The translations under genes were made by a program, and so were the position numbers. A stretch of DNA of 64,000 bases, taken from NCBI GenBank assembly GCA_963662285.2, contig CAXXMV010000003.1, positions 128,001-192,000 on the forward strand, in the 5' to 3' direction. This stretch comes from a bacterium (GTDB lineage: Bacteria; Hinthialibacterota; Hinthialibacteria; Hinthialibacterales; Hinthialibacteraceae). This document shows, piece by piece, positions 48,158 to 57,745 of the stretch; within the stretch, counting starts at the first letter, position 1, and each line of letters begins with the position of its first letter. Under the pieces are notes generated by a model. The model did no database searches. It saw nothing but the letters and a program-made list of their open reading frames with translations, and was not told the origin of the DNA.

Positions 48158-49039
48158 ATGCCTCAGGAAACGGCTGGGATTAAGGATTTCTATCAATCGG
48201 TGTTGACTCATTTGGATGAGGGAGTGTATTACGTAGATAAATCCCGCCAGATTCTGTATTGGAATAAGGGAGCGGAACGGCTTTCTGGGTATTCACAAGA
48301 TGAAGTGGTAGGGATGTATTGCCATGATAACCTGTTAGAACATGTTGATGAGAACGGGGTGTGTCTCTGTTTGAATTCCTGTCCGTTAGCGGCGACTATT
48401 GAAGATGGCAAAAAACGTAAAGCCAATGTGTTTCTTCATCATAAAAAAGGGCACCGCGTACCCATAACCGTGCAAACGCTTCCAGTGCGTAATGCTGAGA
48501 GTGAAATCTTTGGAGCGTTAGAGGTCTTCTTGGAGAATCCCGAGAAGGTCAGTAATGACGACAAGATGAAGGAACTTGCCAAACTGGCTTTTTGGGATAA
48601 CTGTACGGGATTGCCCAATCAGAATTACCTAATGGTGAAACTCAAAGCCGTATTGGAAGATATGAAGCGATGCAAAACCCCATATGGCGTTATTATGGAG
48701 AGGATCGATAATTATACGCAACTGGGTGATTCATTTTCTAAGACTATTGTGGATCGCGTGCTCAATACCGCTGGTAATACCTTGCAGAGCAATATTACAT
48801 CATCCAGCGTTGTCGGACGTTGGGATCATCAGACTTTTCTAATCATTACGCCATCCATTAACTTGGAGATGATGGAAATGTTAAGTCGACGGTTGGCGCG
48901 TTTAGTGGAGCAATCTACCTTTACGGTAGATAAGAAAACAGCCAAGGGCCAATTGGCGTTCCGTTTCGCTTCGCTTGGAGAGGCCAGTAACGAAAAGGAA
49001 ATGCTGGAGCCTTTATTGCGTTTGCCTTATCAGAAATAA
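48158..49039 (+). CDS. PAS sensor with degenerate GGDEF domain
   Basis: WNKGAERLSGY PAS motif; DNCTGLPN; GRWDHQTF in place of GRWGGEEF. Confidence 0.82.
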   Translation: MPQETAGIKDFYQSVLTHLDEGVYYVDKSRQILYWNKGAERLSGYSQDEVVGMYCHDNLLEHVDENGVCLCLNSCPLAATIEDGKKRKANVFLHHKKGHRVPITVQTLPVRNAESEIFGALEVFLENPEKVSNDDKMKELAKLAFWDNCTGLPNQNYLMVKLKAVLEDMKRCKTPYGVIMERIDNYTQLGDSFSKTIVDRVLNTAGNTLQSNITSSSVVGRWDHQTFLIITPSINLEMMEMLSRRLARLVEQSTFTVDKKTAKGQLAFRFASLGEASNEKEMLEPLLRLPYQK

Positions 49040-49151
49040 TACATAAATCATATCTATAACTAAAATGAATCAGATAAATGGAGATGATAAAATGTTTTTT
49101 TATAATGATTAGGTTTCACTGAAGGGTGGAGTAAAGCTAAGCAAAATATTA

Positions 49152-49224
49152 TGAGGGATGTGGGGCTCGAACCCACGACCCTCTGCTTAAAAGGCAGATG
49201 CTCTACCGACTGAGCTAATCCCTC
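49152..49224 (-). tRNA. tRNA-Lys (anticodon UUU), CCA not encoded
   Basis: GAGGGATTAGCTCAGTCGGTAGAGCATCTGCCTTTTAAGCAGAGGGTCGTGGGTTCGAGCCCCACATCCCTCA folds as a cloverleaf. Confidence 0.97.
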
Positions 49225-49312
49225 AATTATGCTTACAAATTAGTTACTACAAGGCGACATTATAATCTCTGATTGAGTTTAAGCCAGCCCCAAGAACAAC
49301 ATTTTGTGTATT

Positions 49313-49828
49313 TTATCTTCTGACAAAGCGGGCATCGCCCCAAATTGCATGATCGGAGTTTGATCCATCTCCCGCATCGAATGCTTCCAGCCTTAATTCG
49401 CCAATCCACTTTACGTTTACATCTACCCGGTAGGCAGGGGAATCAGCCTTGATAACAGGGCTTTTATATAGAATTACGCCATCACCCCAAACCAGAAAAA
49501 CAACCGAGGATGGTCCAACATCATCTATTTCATCACTAATACCAATATCGGCGACAAAATTAGTGTATCCCGGAGGCGTATAGAGTTTAATAATGCTGTT
49601 GGCATGCATGGCCAGACCTTTGGGGTAGGTCTTTTCGTTAATAATTAAACTCTTGTTTCCAATAGAGACATCTCGCAACGGTTCAGCCCAACTCCATGTG
49701 ACGACTTCCCAATCTTGTATATCGCTTAGATAGAGCTCTTTGAAGGGGAAACTCTGCCATACCACAACCAGTAACACGATGCAAAGCCCTAACAAAAGTC
49801 CGGTGCATATTTGTAAGATATTTTTCAT
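49313..49828 (-). CDS. Membrane-anchored NPCBM/NEW2 carbohydrate-binding domain protein
   Basis: YLSD, YPKGLAMHANS, SVVFLVWGDG and DHAIWGDARF motifs. Confidence 0.88.
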   Translation of the reverse strand: MKNILQICTGLLLGLCIVLLVVVWQSFPFKELYLSDIQDWEVVTWSWAEPLRDVSIGNKSLIINEKTYPKGLAMHANSIIKLYTPPGYTNFVADIGISDEIDDVGPSSVVFLVWGDGVILYKSPVIKADSPAYRVDVNVKWIGELRLEAFDAGDGSNSDHAIWGDARFVRR

Positions 49829-49938
49829 AGTTATTCTTCAGATAATATATAAATTTTTTTCTATTTCCATCATCTATTTAAGCCCTTTATTCGTCAAGCC
49901 GTAATCTCAAAATTTATTTTTTTATGATTAATAGTATT

Positions 49939-50742
49939 TTACTCATCAGACAGTGAGAGTTCTTTATCAATCATTTCCCGGTAATCAATTGATAGTTTCA
50001 GTCCAGCGAATCGTCCATATACGCGTATCAATTGATCTGTCTTAGTATCAAAATACAGTTTGGTTATCGACAAGCGGCGTTCTTCCAATTTTTGCGGCAA
50101 AGGTTCTGATTCCAAGAGGTAATGATAAGTAATGAGAAGGTACTCGTTCACTATCTCTTCTGAGAAGGGCGCCCCTAAATGCTTGATTATCTCATTGCGT
50201 TTAGGCAGTTGGCGTTTGAGTTTAGCCAGATTATCAATATTACCGTGTACCTGACGATTTTTCTTGTCTACTTTAGCGCCGCCCAGAGAACGTAAAGACA
50301 TTTCCAGAAATTCCGCTGGAGCGATTTGCATAAGAATGGGTGAAAGCGTTAACGAATGCATCATTTTTTGATTATTGAATTGCATCATGAATGAAATATC
50401 AGTATCTGATTGAGCGACTGGTAGATTGTTTGAGTCTAATTTCTTGAAAAGATATGTCCAACTCTCTTCATATCCCATTTTTTCTATTATTGATGGCGGC
50501 AACTTTGATAATGTTATAATATCTTCGTTATATATGACTGGTTTGTTAAAATGAGCGGTGAATGAATCTGTCACTTCAACTCTGACGAAGCGGTCGAAAT
50601 CGGCAAATTGTTTTTTTAATGACAGCAGACGAAGATAGACGCAGCCAGACAGGCTTAAGATTGATAAACCAAGTATGATTACAACTATACTTCGAACAAA
50701 ACGGCTCGATGGATATTGTGAAAGACGAGATGGAGACAGCAT
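49939..50742 (-). CDS. Hypothetical lipoprotein
   Basis: LSGC lipobox after a hydrophobic stretch; AGGAG RBS. Confidence 0.7.
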   Translation of the reverse strand: MLSPSRLSQYPSSRFVRSIVVIILGLSILSLSGCVYLRLLSLKKQFADFDRFVRVEVTDSFTAHFNKPVIYNEDIITLSKLPPSIIEKMGYEESWTYLFKKLDSNNLPVAQSDTDISFMMQFNNQKMMHSLTLSPILMQIAPAEFLEMSLRSLGGAKVDKKNRQVHGNIDNLAKLKRQLPKRNEIIKHLGAPFSEEIVNEYLLITYHYLLESEPLPQKLEERRLSITKLYFDTKTDQLIRVYGRFAGLKLSIDYREMIDKELSLSDE

Positions 50743-50857
50743 TAATACTCTCCTATTGTGCTTGCTTAAAATAACTTGATATTGCTAGTTTGCTTCAATC
50801 AATAAAAAGTTATACGATATATATAACGATTATATTCGGACTTTTGTAATAAAAAAA

Positions 50858-51226
50858 ATGGAGACCATAATGGTGGATGCAAAAACTCAAACCGGTTATA
50901 TAGTCAAACATAAAGATAACGTCGAACCTATCCCGTGTCCATGCGGTTCAAGTACGCGAATCATAACCAAAGATGATACTCCCATAGCTGGATTACATGT
51001 TACTCATATCCAGGATTCGAAGAAACATTACCACAAAAAGACTACTGAGATTTATTATATTTTAGAAGGCTCAGGTCATCTCGAAATTGGTGATGATAAA
51101 GTGGAATTAACTCCCGGTACTACCATCTTAATCCATGCCGGTACTCCACACCGGGGTTATGGTGATTTCAAGACTATTGTGGTTCCCATTCCGGCTTTCG
51201 ATCCATCGGATGAATATTTTGATTGA
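50858..51226 (+). CDS. Cupin domain protein
   Basis: HYH...EIYYILEG and GTPHR motifs. Confidence 0.88.
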   Translation: METIMVDAKTQTGYIVKHKDNVEPIPCPCGSSTRIITKDDTPIAGLHVTHIQDSKKHYHKKTTEIYYILEGSGHLEIGDDKVELTPGTTILIHAGTPHRGYGDFKTIVVPIPAFDPSDEYFD

Positions 51227-51283
51227 TATTGTTTAATGTAATCTTGGTAATGGCTCTAATCATATAGTTCACTGGAGGGCAAT

Positions 51284-52978
51284 ATGTTTTTAATTAACCG
51301 TTTTTGGTTTAGTCTTTGTTGTTTAATTATCTTAATAATCAGCAGTTTCCAAAATCCCGCCTTCGGAAGCGATTCAAAATCTCTGAAATCGGAAAATATC
51401 AAGCAATTACGGCAAGAACTGGAACAGGATATTATTAATGCGCAGCCCGATATTATTCAGAAAATGCGCATTGGAGAGCAATGGCTGCAAGCCTTTGAAA
51501 ATGTTCTGGCCAACATTAAACATAGTAAATCAGAAGGTTTATCGGAATTGATTTTAACCTGGAATCAAATTGAACGTAACAATGGACCGAGTTCCTTGAT
51601 TACTCAGCCTGCCATAGTATTAAGAAGCGAAATATCCCTCAACGCTATTAATCTCAAAAAACTACGTGAGTTGATGCCTGCAGTTGAAAAACTAGCTCGC
51701 GAGCTGGTTTATGAACTTGAAGCATTAGACCGTATTGAACGTTATCGAAAGCGCGAACTGGAAATATCAGTTATTGATTCAAGCGGTAAACCTGTTGTTG
51801 ACGCCAAAATCTCCATCAATCAAACCAGGCACGCTTTCCTGTTCGGATGCAATATCTTTACGTGGGAAGATAAGAATACATCGCATCAGAAATTGTACCG
51901 CAAACAATTCGCTGAGCTGATGAACTATGCTACCTTGGGATTTTATTGGAGTGGTTACGAACGTAAGCCGGGGCAGACGCAGATAGAACGCTGGATGAAG
52001 GTCGCCCAATGGTGTCAGGAGCAAGATATTCAAACCAAAGGGCATCCTCTAGTGTGGAATTATAGCGACCCTGCATGGTTGCCGGATGATTTTAAGAAAG
52101 TGCATCAATTGCAACTAGATCGCATCAATCGCGAGATGACTGATTTCAAAGGCTTGGTTGATTGGTGGGATGTGGTTAATGAAGTTACTAAATTCGATAG
52201 AGAATCATTTAAAGAGAACTCTCCCAAATTAACTAAAATGTGGGGCGAATATGGGCAATTAGAATTTGCCCGGCAGTGTTTTATTCTTGCGCGGAAAATT
52301 AATCCTTCATCTTTTTTGTTGATCAATGATTATGAATTGCGTACGCGTGAGCAGGCTGCTAACGATTCAGGTGACCAGATATCGAAAAACAAAATTTACG
52401 AGGATGTGATTGATTCATTAGTTGATGATGCAGGTAAGCCGCTTTACGATGCTATCGGCATCCAATCGCACATGCATGACGGCGCCTGGTCAACCGGGAA
52501 AATATTGAAAACCATCCAGCGTTTCTCTGAATATAATGTTCCACTGCATTTCACTGAAACCACCATCGTATCGGGTCCGGGGAAATGGGAAAAATGGCAG
52601 GAAACAACTCCACAGGGAGAGCAGCAACAGGCTGATGAAATTGAACGGGTGTATCGCACCATCTTTTCTATGCCTGCGGTTGAAGCGCTGACTTGGTGGG
52701 ATTTCTCTGATTATAAAGCTTGGCAGAGAGCTCCAGTCGGTTTGCTGCGCAAAGATAATTCTGCTAAACCGGCATATCATTGTTTGATGAGATTGATTAA
52801 AAAAGATTGGTGGACGCAAGAATCGAAGAGAACTGCTGATAATGGACAAGTTGGAATTCGAGGTTATCTTGGAGATTATATGGTTCAAGTTAAGACTAAG
52901 GACGGTAAGCAAATAGAAAAGAAAATTCAACTTTTGAAAGCTCAAAAACCCAAGCGAATCACAATATCGATTGAGTAA
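51284..52978 (+). CDS. GH10 family endo-1,4-beta-xylanase-like hydrolase
   Basis: KGHPLVW, WDVVNE (acid/base), INDY, IGIQSH and HFTE (nucleophile) motifs. Confidence 0.9.
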   Translation: MFLINRFWFSLCCLIILIISSFQNPAFGSDSKSLKSENIKQLRQELEQDIINAQPDIIQKMRIGEQWLQAFENVLANIKHSKSEGLSELILTWNQIERNNGPSSLITQPAIVLRSEISLNAINLKKLRELMPAVEKLARELVYELEALDRIERYRKRELEISVIDSSGKPVVDAKISINQTRHAFLFGCNIFTWEDKNTSHQKLYRKQFAELMNYATLGFYWSGYERKPGQTQIERWMKVAQWCQEQDIQTKGHPLVWNYSDPAWLPDDFKKVHQLQLDRINREMTDFKGLVDWWDVVNEVTKFDRESFKENSPKLTKMWGEYGQLEFARQCFILARKINPSSFLLINDYELRTREQAANDSGDQISKNKIYEDVIDSLVDDAGKPLYDAIGIQSHMHDGAWSTGKILKTIQRFSEYNVPLHFTETTIVSGPGKWEKWQETTPQGEQQQADEIERVYRTIFSMPAVEALTWWDFSDYKAWQRAPVGLLRKDNSAKPAYHCLMRLIKKDWWTQESKRTADNGQVGIRGYLGDYMVQVKTKDGKQIEKKIQLLKAQKPKRITISIE

Positions 52979-53121
52979 TTTTTTATGGTTGATGCTTTCT
53001 GGAAATACGAATAACAACGTTCTACGGAACCCTCTATAAGGGTAGATTTATTCACCCCAATAAGAGTATTGTATTATGAGAATGTGATACTACTAATTCT
53101 TGAAGTAGGAGTCAAATAAAG

Positions 53122-54405
53122 ATGAGCAAAGGCAAAAATTTAACAAGGCGGGATTTTCTAAAGAAATCCACGTTATTTGGGGCAGCTTCTTTTTCATTCT
53201 TAACTGTTCCACGCCATGTATTAGCCCAGAGTGGATTCATCGCTCCCAGCGATGAATTAACCAAAGCGGTTATCGGCGTTGGCGGTATGGGACAAGGGCA
53301 CTTACGCTATGGCGGTTCAAGGTTAGTGGCCGTGTGCGATGTGGATGAGAACCACTTAAAAAGCACATTGGCGAAACTCGATGATAGCGAAGTGAAGGGA
53401 TATAAGGATTTTCGCGAAGTATTGGAACGACCGGATATTGATATCATCCACATTCCCACGCCTCCACATTGGCATGGATTAATTTCCATCGCGGCTTCTG
53501 AAGCCGGTAAAGATATCTGGTGCGAAAAACCAATGACGCGCACTATCGGCGAAGGACTAAAAGTGGTTGAAGCAGTCCAACGCAATGGCAGCATTTTCCG
53601 CTTGAATACCTGGTTCCGTTTTAAGGATACTTTTTATGGATTCGGTACGCCCGTCCGTCCTATCAAGAAATTGGTTGACAGCGGTATGTTGGGATGGCCT
53701 TTAAAAGCAACCGTCAGCGGCGAGACTGGCTTTGATTGGAAATTCAACTGGAGCGGTCAAACAAACCTGATCGCCCAGGATATTCCAAAAGAACTAGATT
53801 ACAACTTCTGGTTAGGCCCAGCGCCTTACAAACCATATCACCCGCACCGCGTCCATGGCACTTTCCGTGGTTATTGGGATTATGACGGCGGCGGCCTGGG
53901 CGATATGGGGCAGCATTACCTTGACCCGGTGCAATACCTGTTGGGTAAAGATGACACCAGTCCAATCGAGATTGAAGTCGACGCTCCACAGCAGCATCCA
54001 GACGCGGTAAGTTCATGGCGCCGCATCACCATGAAATATGCTGATGGATGTCAGATTATTCTGGATGGCGACAACAAGAACAAAAATGTTCCTTTCCTCG
54101 AAGGTCCAGAAGGAAAACTCTACAAAGGATTCCGTTCTAACATCCCCAATATTGAAAAGAAACTGGCGGCTTTCCCTGATCCTGAACCGCAGATTACCGA
54201 TTTTAGCAACGCTGTCCGGTCACGCAAGAAATTTGCTTTGAATGAATCGAACGGTCATCGTTCATGCACCTTGATCAATCTGGGTAAAATCGCTGTCCGG
54301 TTGGGACGTGGATTAAAGTTTGATCCCGTAAAGATGGAATTTATTGATGATGACGCTGCCAATCGTTTGATTTATCAGCCTATGCGCGCTCCATGGCATC
54401 TCTAG
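53122..54405 (+). CDS. Tat-exported Gfo/Idh/MocA oxidoreductase
   Basis: TRRDFLK, TPPHWH, CEKP and DMGQHYLD motifs. Confidence 0.93.
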   Translation: MSKGKNLTRRDFLKKSTLFGAASFSFLTVPRHVLAQSGFIAPSDELTKAVIGVGGMGQGHLRYGGSRLVAVCDVDENHLKSTLAKLDDSEVKGYKDFREVLERPDIDIIHIPTPPHWHGLISIAASEAGKDIWCEKPMTRTIGEGLKVVEAVQRNGSIFRLNTWFRFKDTFYGFGTPVRPIKKLVDSGMLGWPLKATVSGETGFDWKFNWSGQTNLIAQDIPKELDYNFWLGPAPYKPYHPHRVHGTFRGYWDYDGGGLGDMGQHYLDPVQYLLGKDDTSPIEIEVDAPQQHPDAVSSWRRITMKYADGCQIILDGDNKNKNVPFLEGPEGKLYKGFRSNIPNIEKKLAAFPDPEPQITDFSNAVRSRKKFALNESNGHRSCTLINLGKIAVRLGRGLKFDPVKMEFIDDDAANRLIYQPMRAPWHL

Positions 54406-54440
54406 AACATGGTATTGAACATTAAAGGAGAGAATATTTC

Positions 54441-57400
54441 ATGATTCGATATAGGAAATTTAAAAATATAATAGCGTTAAGCGTTGTTGCCTTACTCTTG
54501 GCGATATCAGTTAACGCTGCTGAAAAACCGTTGGATAATATACTTAAAAATTATCCCGCCAAAGACGCGGCTCAATTCAAAAGCGCTAATGCTCAATTGG
54601 TGCAATTAGGCCAGGATGGATTGGTTGACCTGTGCAGCCGTTTAACTCCAAAACAGCAGAGCGGCGACGAGCAGGTGCGTTTTGCGATTAACGGATTGAC
54701 CAAGTATGTCAAATTGCAGAATGATGAATCAAACCGCAAGGTTGTTGTGCAAGCGTTTCTTACCTCATTGAATAAAACCGATGACTATGAAACCAAAGCA
54801 TTCTTGATTCGTCAGATTCAGTTTATCGGCAAAGAAGAAGTCATCGCGCCGCTGAGCCGCTATTTGACTGATGAGGTTTTATGTGAACCGGCGGCCAATG
54901 CGCTGTTTGCGATCAGCAGCCCTGAAGCATCAGCCGCATTGCTTTTTGCTTTACCTCAAGTGAATGACTCATTGAAACCAACCATCATAAAGACGTTGGG
55001 CGACTTACAGAGCCGGGCCGCCTCATTGGCCATTACGCCATATACTGAAAGCGACGATCTGAATATCCGATTAATGGCTTATTATGCTATTGCTAATATT
55101 GGCGATCCTTCCGCCTCCAACCCATTAAAGCGCGCTCTAACCAAGACATCGGGATACGAGCAGACTCAAGCCATTTCCGCTTATCTGTTATTCGCCAATC
55201 GACTGGCGGAAGCGCAGGCTGAAGATAAAGCGCTCACTATTTACCGTAGTCTATTAGATACTTATTCTTCTGCTGAAGATATCAGAATACAAAATGCGGC
55301 GTTGTCGGGCATCGCAGCGATTGAAGGCGACAATGCCTTGCCTATGTTATTGGATGCTATGGATAGTCCATATAAATCCTATCGAAATGTTGCGCTTAAA
55401 ATTGCGCAGACAATTCAAGGCAACAAAGCAACCTGGGCGTGGATAGAAAAATCCAAATCAGTTTCTCCTGAAGTCCGGGCTGAAATATTGACTTTGCTAG
55501 GTAAGAGAGGCGACAAGATTGCTTTGCCGGTTTTATTGGAAGCGCTAAATGATGCAGATATCAACGTCAAATTAGAAGCGCTTGCAGCTTCATTTACTTT
55601 GGGTGGTTTGGAAAGCGTTCCCTATTATTCAGGTCTGTTGCAAACCGATAATGTAGATTTAATCAACGCTGTCAAAAATACCCTGCTGCAGGTACCGGGC
55701 GACTATCTATTAACCACTATCAGTTATGTGTTGCCCAATGTTCCGGTTCCCGCCAAGGTTGCCTTGCTGGATATTATCGCCCAGCGTAAATCTGAAGCAT
55801 CGTTCTATGATGTTATGACCTATTTGGAAGATGAAAATGCTTCAGTCCGTTTGGCTGCCGCTAAAGCGCTGAAGGATATTGGTACAATAGACCAACTGCA
55901 AGACTTGGTCGCCCTGTTTGATATTGCTTCGATTGACGAAGCCAAAGAGATCGAGAATGCAATTTTCGTCATCGTCGATGCTCAAGGTTCTAATCTGGAG
56001 AAAGTTGATGCATTGAAAAATGCTTTTAGCGCTGTCGCAAGAATGGATCAGGGGCATCTTATCAATGTTTTAGCCCGCATTCGCGGTGAATATGCATTGA
56101 AAGCCGTTGTTCCATTTTTGACCTCTCCCAACCTTAAGCAACAAGCAGCTGAAGCGGTTGTTCAGATTGTCTGTCCTCAGGAAGGCGATGGATTTGGACT
56201 GTGTACTAACCAGGCCTATGACGCCTTGACTGGAGTTTTGCCCTTGCTTAGCGATGAGTTGGCCGAAAGAGCCAAAAAACATCTTCCAGCGTCATTGCCT
56301 GAAGCTGATGACGAAGGATTCGTTTCTATCTTTAACGGCGAAGATATGAATGGTTGGATTTGGGATAATAGTTGGAAAGGTGGAGACAACGGTTATAAGG
56401 TTGTTGATGGAATATTGCAATGCGACCCGAAAAAAACAGGCGCCGGCAATATTTATACCGACCGCGAGTACAGCGATTTCATCTTCCGTTTTGAATTTCA
56501 ACTACCTGCTGAAGCCAACAATGGAGTGGGCGTACGCGCTCCAGTTAGTGGAGATTCTGCATATAACGGCATGGAAATCCAAATTCTGGATCACGATCAT
56601 CCAACCTATAACGGGATCAAACCTTATCAAGCTCATGGCTCTGTTTATGGCATCATTCCAGCAGAACGCGGTTATTTGAAACCTACCGGAGAATGGAATC
56701 AGGAAGAGATCAAGATTGATGGACGTTGGGTTACAGTTACTCTAAATGGTCATGTGATTACTGATGGTCATTTGGATAGAGCGCGTATGCCGAAAACTTT
56801 GGATGGCAGAAATCATCCCGGCGCCGCACGACCCATAGGACATCTTGGCTTCCTGGGGCATGGTCATCCGGTTGCGTTCCGTAACCTGAAAGTTAAAGAA
56901 CTCAACAAGGAACCTAAACGTGACAATGTTCCTCCCGCAGGTTTCACTGCGCTTTTCAATGGTAAAGATTTAACCAATTGGAAAGGCCTGGTTGCTAATC
57001 CTCCTAAGCGCGCCGCAATGTCCAAAGAAGAATTGGCTGCTGCTCAAGAGCAAGCCGACCAGAGAATGCGCGACCATTGGCATCCATTTGACGGTATGCT
57101 GGTATTTGACGGCAAGGGAGATAGTCTTTGTACAATCAAAGATTATGGCGATTTCGAACTGTTGGTTGATTGGAAGATTAAGGAAAAAGGCGACAGCGGC
57201 ATCTATCTACGAGGATCGCCCCAAGTACAAATCTGGGATACTCAAAACTTTAACCTGGGTTCCGGCGGCTTGTACAACAACCAGAAGAATCCTTCCAAAC
57301 CAATATGTGAAGCGGATAACCCCATAGGTGAATGGAACTCATTCCGCATCATCATGGTAGGTGAGCGGGTTACAATTTATCTCAACGACGTATTGGTAGT

Positions 57401-57524
57401 TGATAACGTGATCCTGGAAAATTACTGGGAACGCGACAAACCGATTTATCCGACCGGACAAATTGAATTGCAGAATCACGGTAATACTCTTTACTTCAAA
57501 AACATCTATATCAGGGAATTGTAA
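54441..57524 (+). CDS. Secreted HEAT-repeat protein with two C-terminal DUF1080 domains
   Basis: About 600 aa of HEAT-like repeats, then FNGEDM..W...EIQILD and FNGKDLTNW...ELQNHG. Confidence 0.88.
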   Translation: MIRYRKFKNIIALSVVALLLAISVNAAEKPLDNILKNYPAKDAAQFKSANAQLVQLGQDGLVDLCSRLTPKQQSGDEQVRFAINGLTKYVKLQNDESNRKVVVQAFLTSLNKTDDYETKAFLIRQIQFIGKEEVIAPLSRYLTDEVLCEPAANALFAISSPEASAALLFALPQVNDSLKPTIIKTLGDLQSRAASLAITPYTESDDLNIRLMAYYAIANIGDPSASNPLKRALTKTSGYEQTQAISAYLLFANRLAEAQAEDKALTIYRSLLDTYSSAEDIRIQNAALSGIAAIEGDNALPMLLDAMDSPYKSYRNVALKIAQTIQGNKATWAWIEKSKSVSPEVRAEILTLLGKRGDKIALPVLLEALNDADINVKLEALAASFTLGGLESVPYYSGLLQTDNVDLINAVKNTLLQVPGDYLLTTISYVLPNVPVPAKVALLDIIAQRKSEASFYDVMTYLEDENASVRLAAAKALKDIGTIDQLQDLVALFDIASIDEAKEIENAIFVIVDAQGSNLEKVDALKNAFSAVARMDQGHLINVLARIRGEYALKAVVPFLTSPNLKQQAAEAVVQIVCPQEGDGFGLCTNQAYDALTGVLPLLSDELAERAKKHLPASLPEADDEGFVSIFNGEDMNGWIWDNSWKGGDNGYKVVDGILQCDPKKTGAGNIYTDREYSDFIFRFEFQLPAEANNGVGVRAPVSGDSAYNGMEIQILDHDHPTYNGIKPYQAHGSVYGIIPAERGYLKPTGEWNQEEIKIDGRWVTVTLNGHVITDGHLDRARMPKTLDGRNHPGAARPIGHLGFLGHGHPVAFRNLKVKELNKEPKRDNVPPAGFTALFNGKDLTNWKGLVANPPKRAAMSKEELAAAQEQADQRMRDHWHPFDGMLVFDGKGDSLCTIKDYGDFELLVDWKIKEKGDSGIYLRGSPQVQIWDTQNFNLGSGGLYNNQKNPSKPICEADNPIGEWNSFRIIMVGERVTIYLNDVLVVDNVILENYWERDKPIYPTGQIELQNHGNTLYFKNIYIREL

Positions 57525-57545
57525 CCATTGATTAGGTTGTTTTTT

Positions 57546-57580
57546 GGTGGGCTACGCTATCGCTTTTAGCCCACCCTACG
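57546..57580 (-). repeat. REP family A
   Basis: GGTGGGCTACGCTATCGCTTTTAGCCCACCCTACG. Confidence 0.85.
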
Positions 57581-57595
57581 ATTAGGTTTAGAATG

Positions 57596-57640
57596 AAAAA
57601 ACGGACGCTTTCTTTATCAAGAAGGCGTCCGTTCTGTTTA
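57596..57640. terminator. Bidirectional terminator between convergent genes
   Basis: AAAAAACGGACGCTTTCTT...AAGAAGGCGTCCGTTCTGTTT. Confidence 0.75.
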
Positions 57641-57676
57641 TACTATTGATAATATGCAAATCTAATCGACATAAGA

Positions 57677-57717
57677 CAGGCGCCAAAGGAAAGACCGCAT
57701 TGCGGTCAGCCCTTGAT
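57677..57717 (-). repeat. Family C palindrome (reverse orientation)
   Basis: CAGGCGCCAAAGGAAAGACCGCATTGCGGTCAGCCCTTGAT. Confidence 0.8.
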
Positions 57718-57745
57718 CAAGCCACTTAAAATAAAGAAGTTATTA

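Noticed and set aside
49152-49224. tRNA-Lys as an island integration site
   Set aside because: No integrase nearby and no duplicated tRNA 3' end found in the window.
11437-57717. Family C or REP repeats as a CRISPR array or integron attC array
   Set aside because: Copies are dispersed, not regularly spaced; no cas or integrase gene; no RYYYAAC/GTTRRRY core sites.
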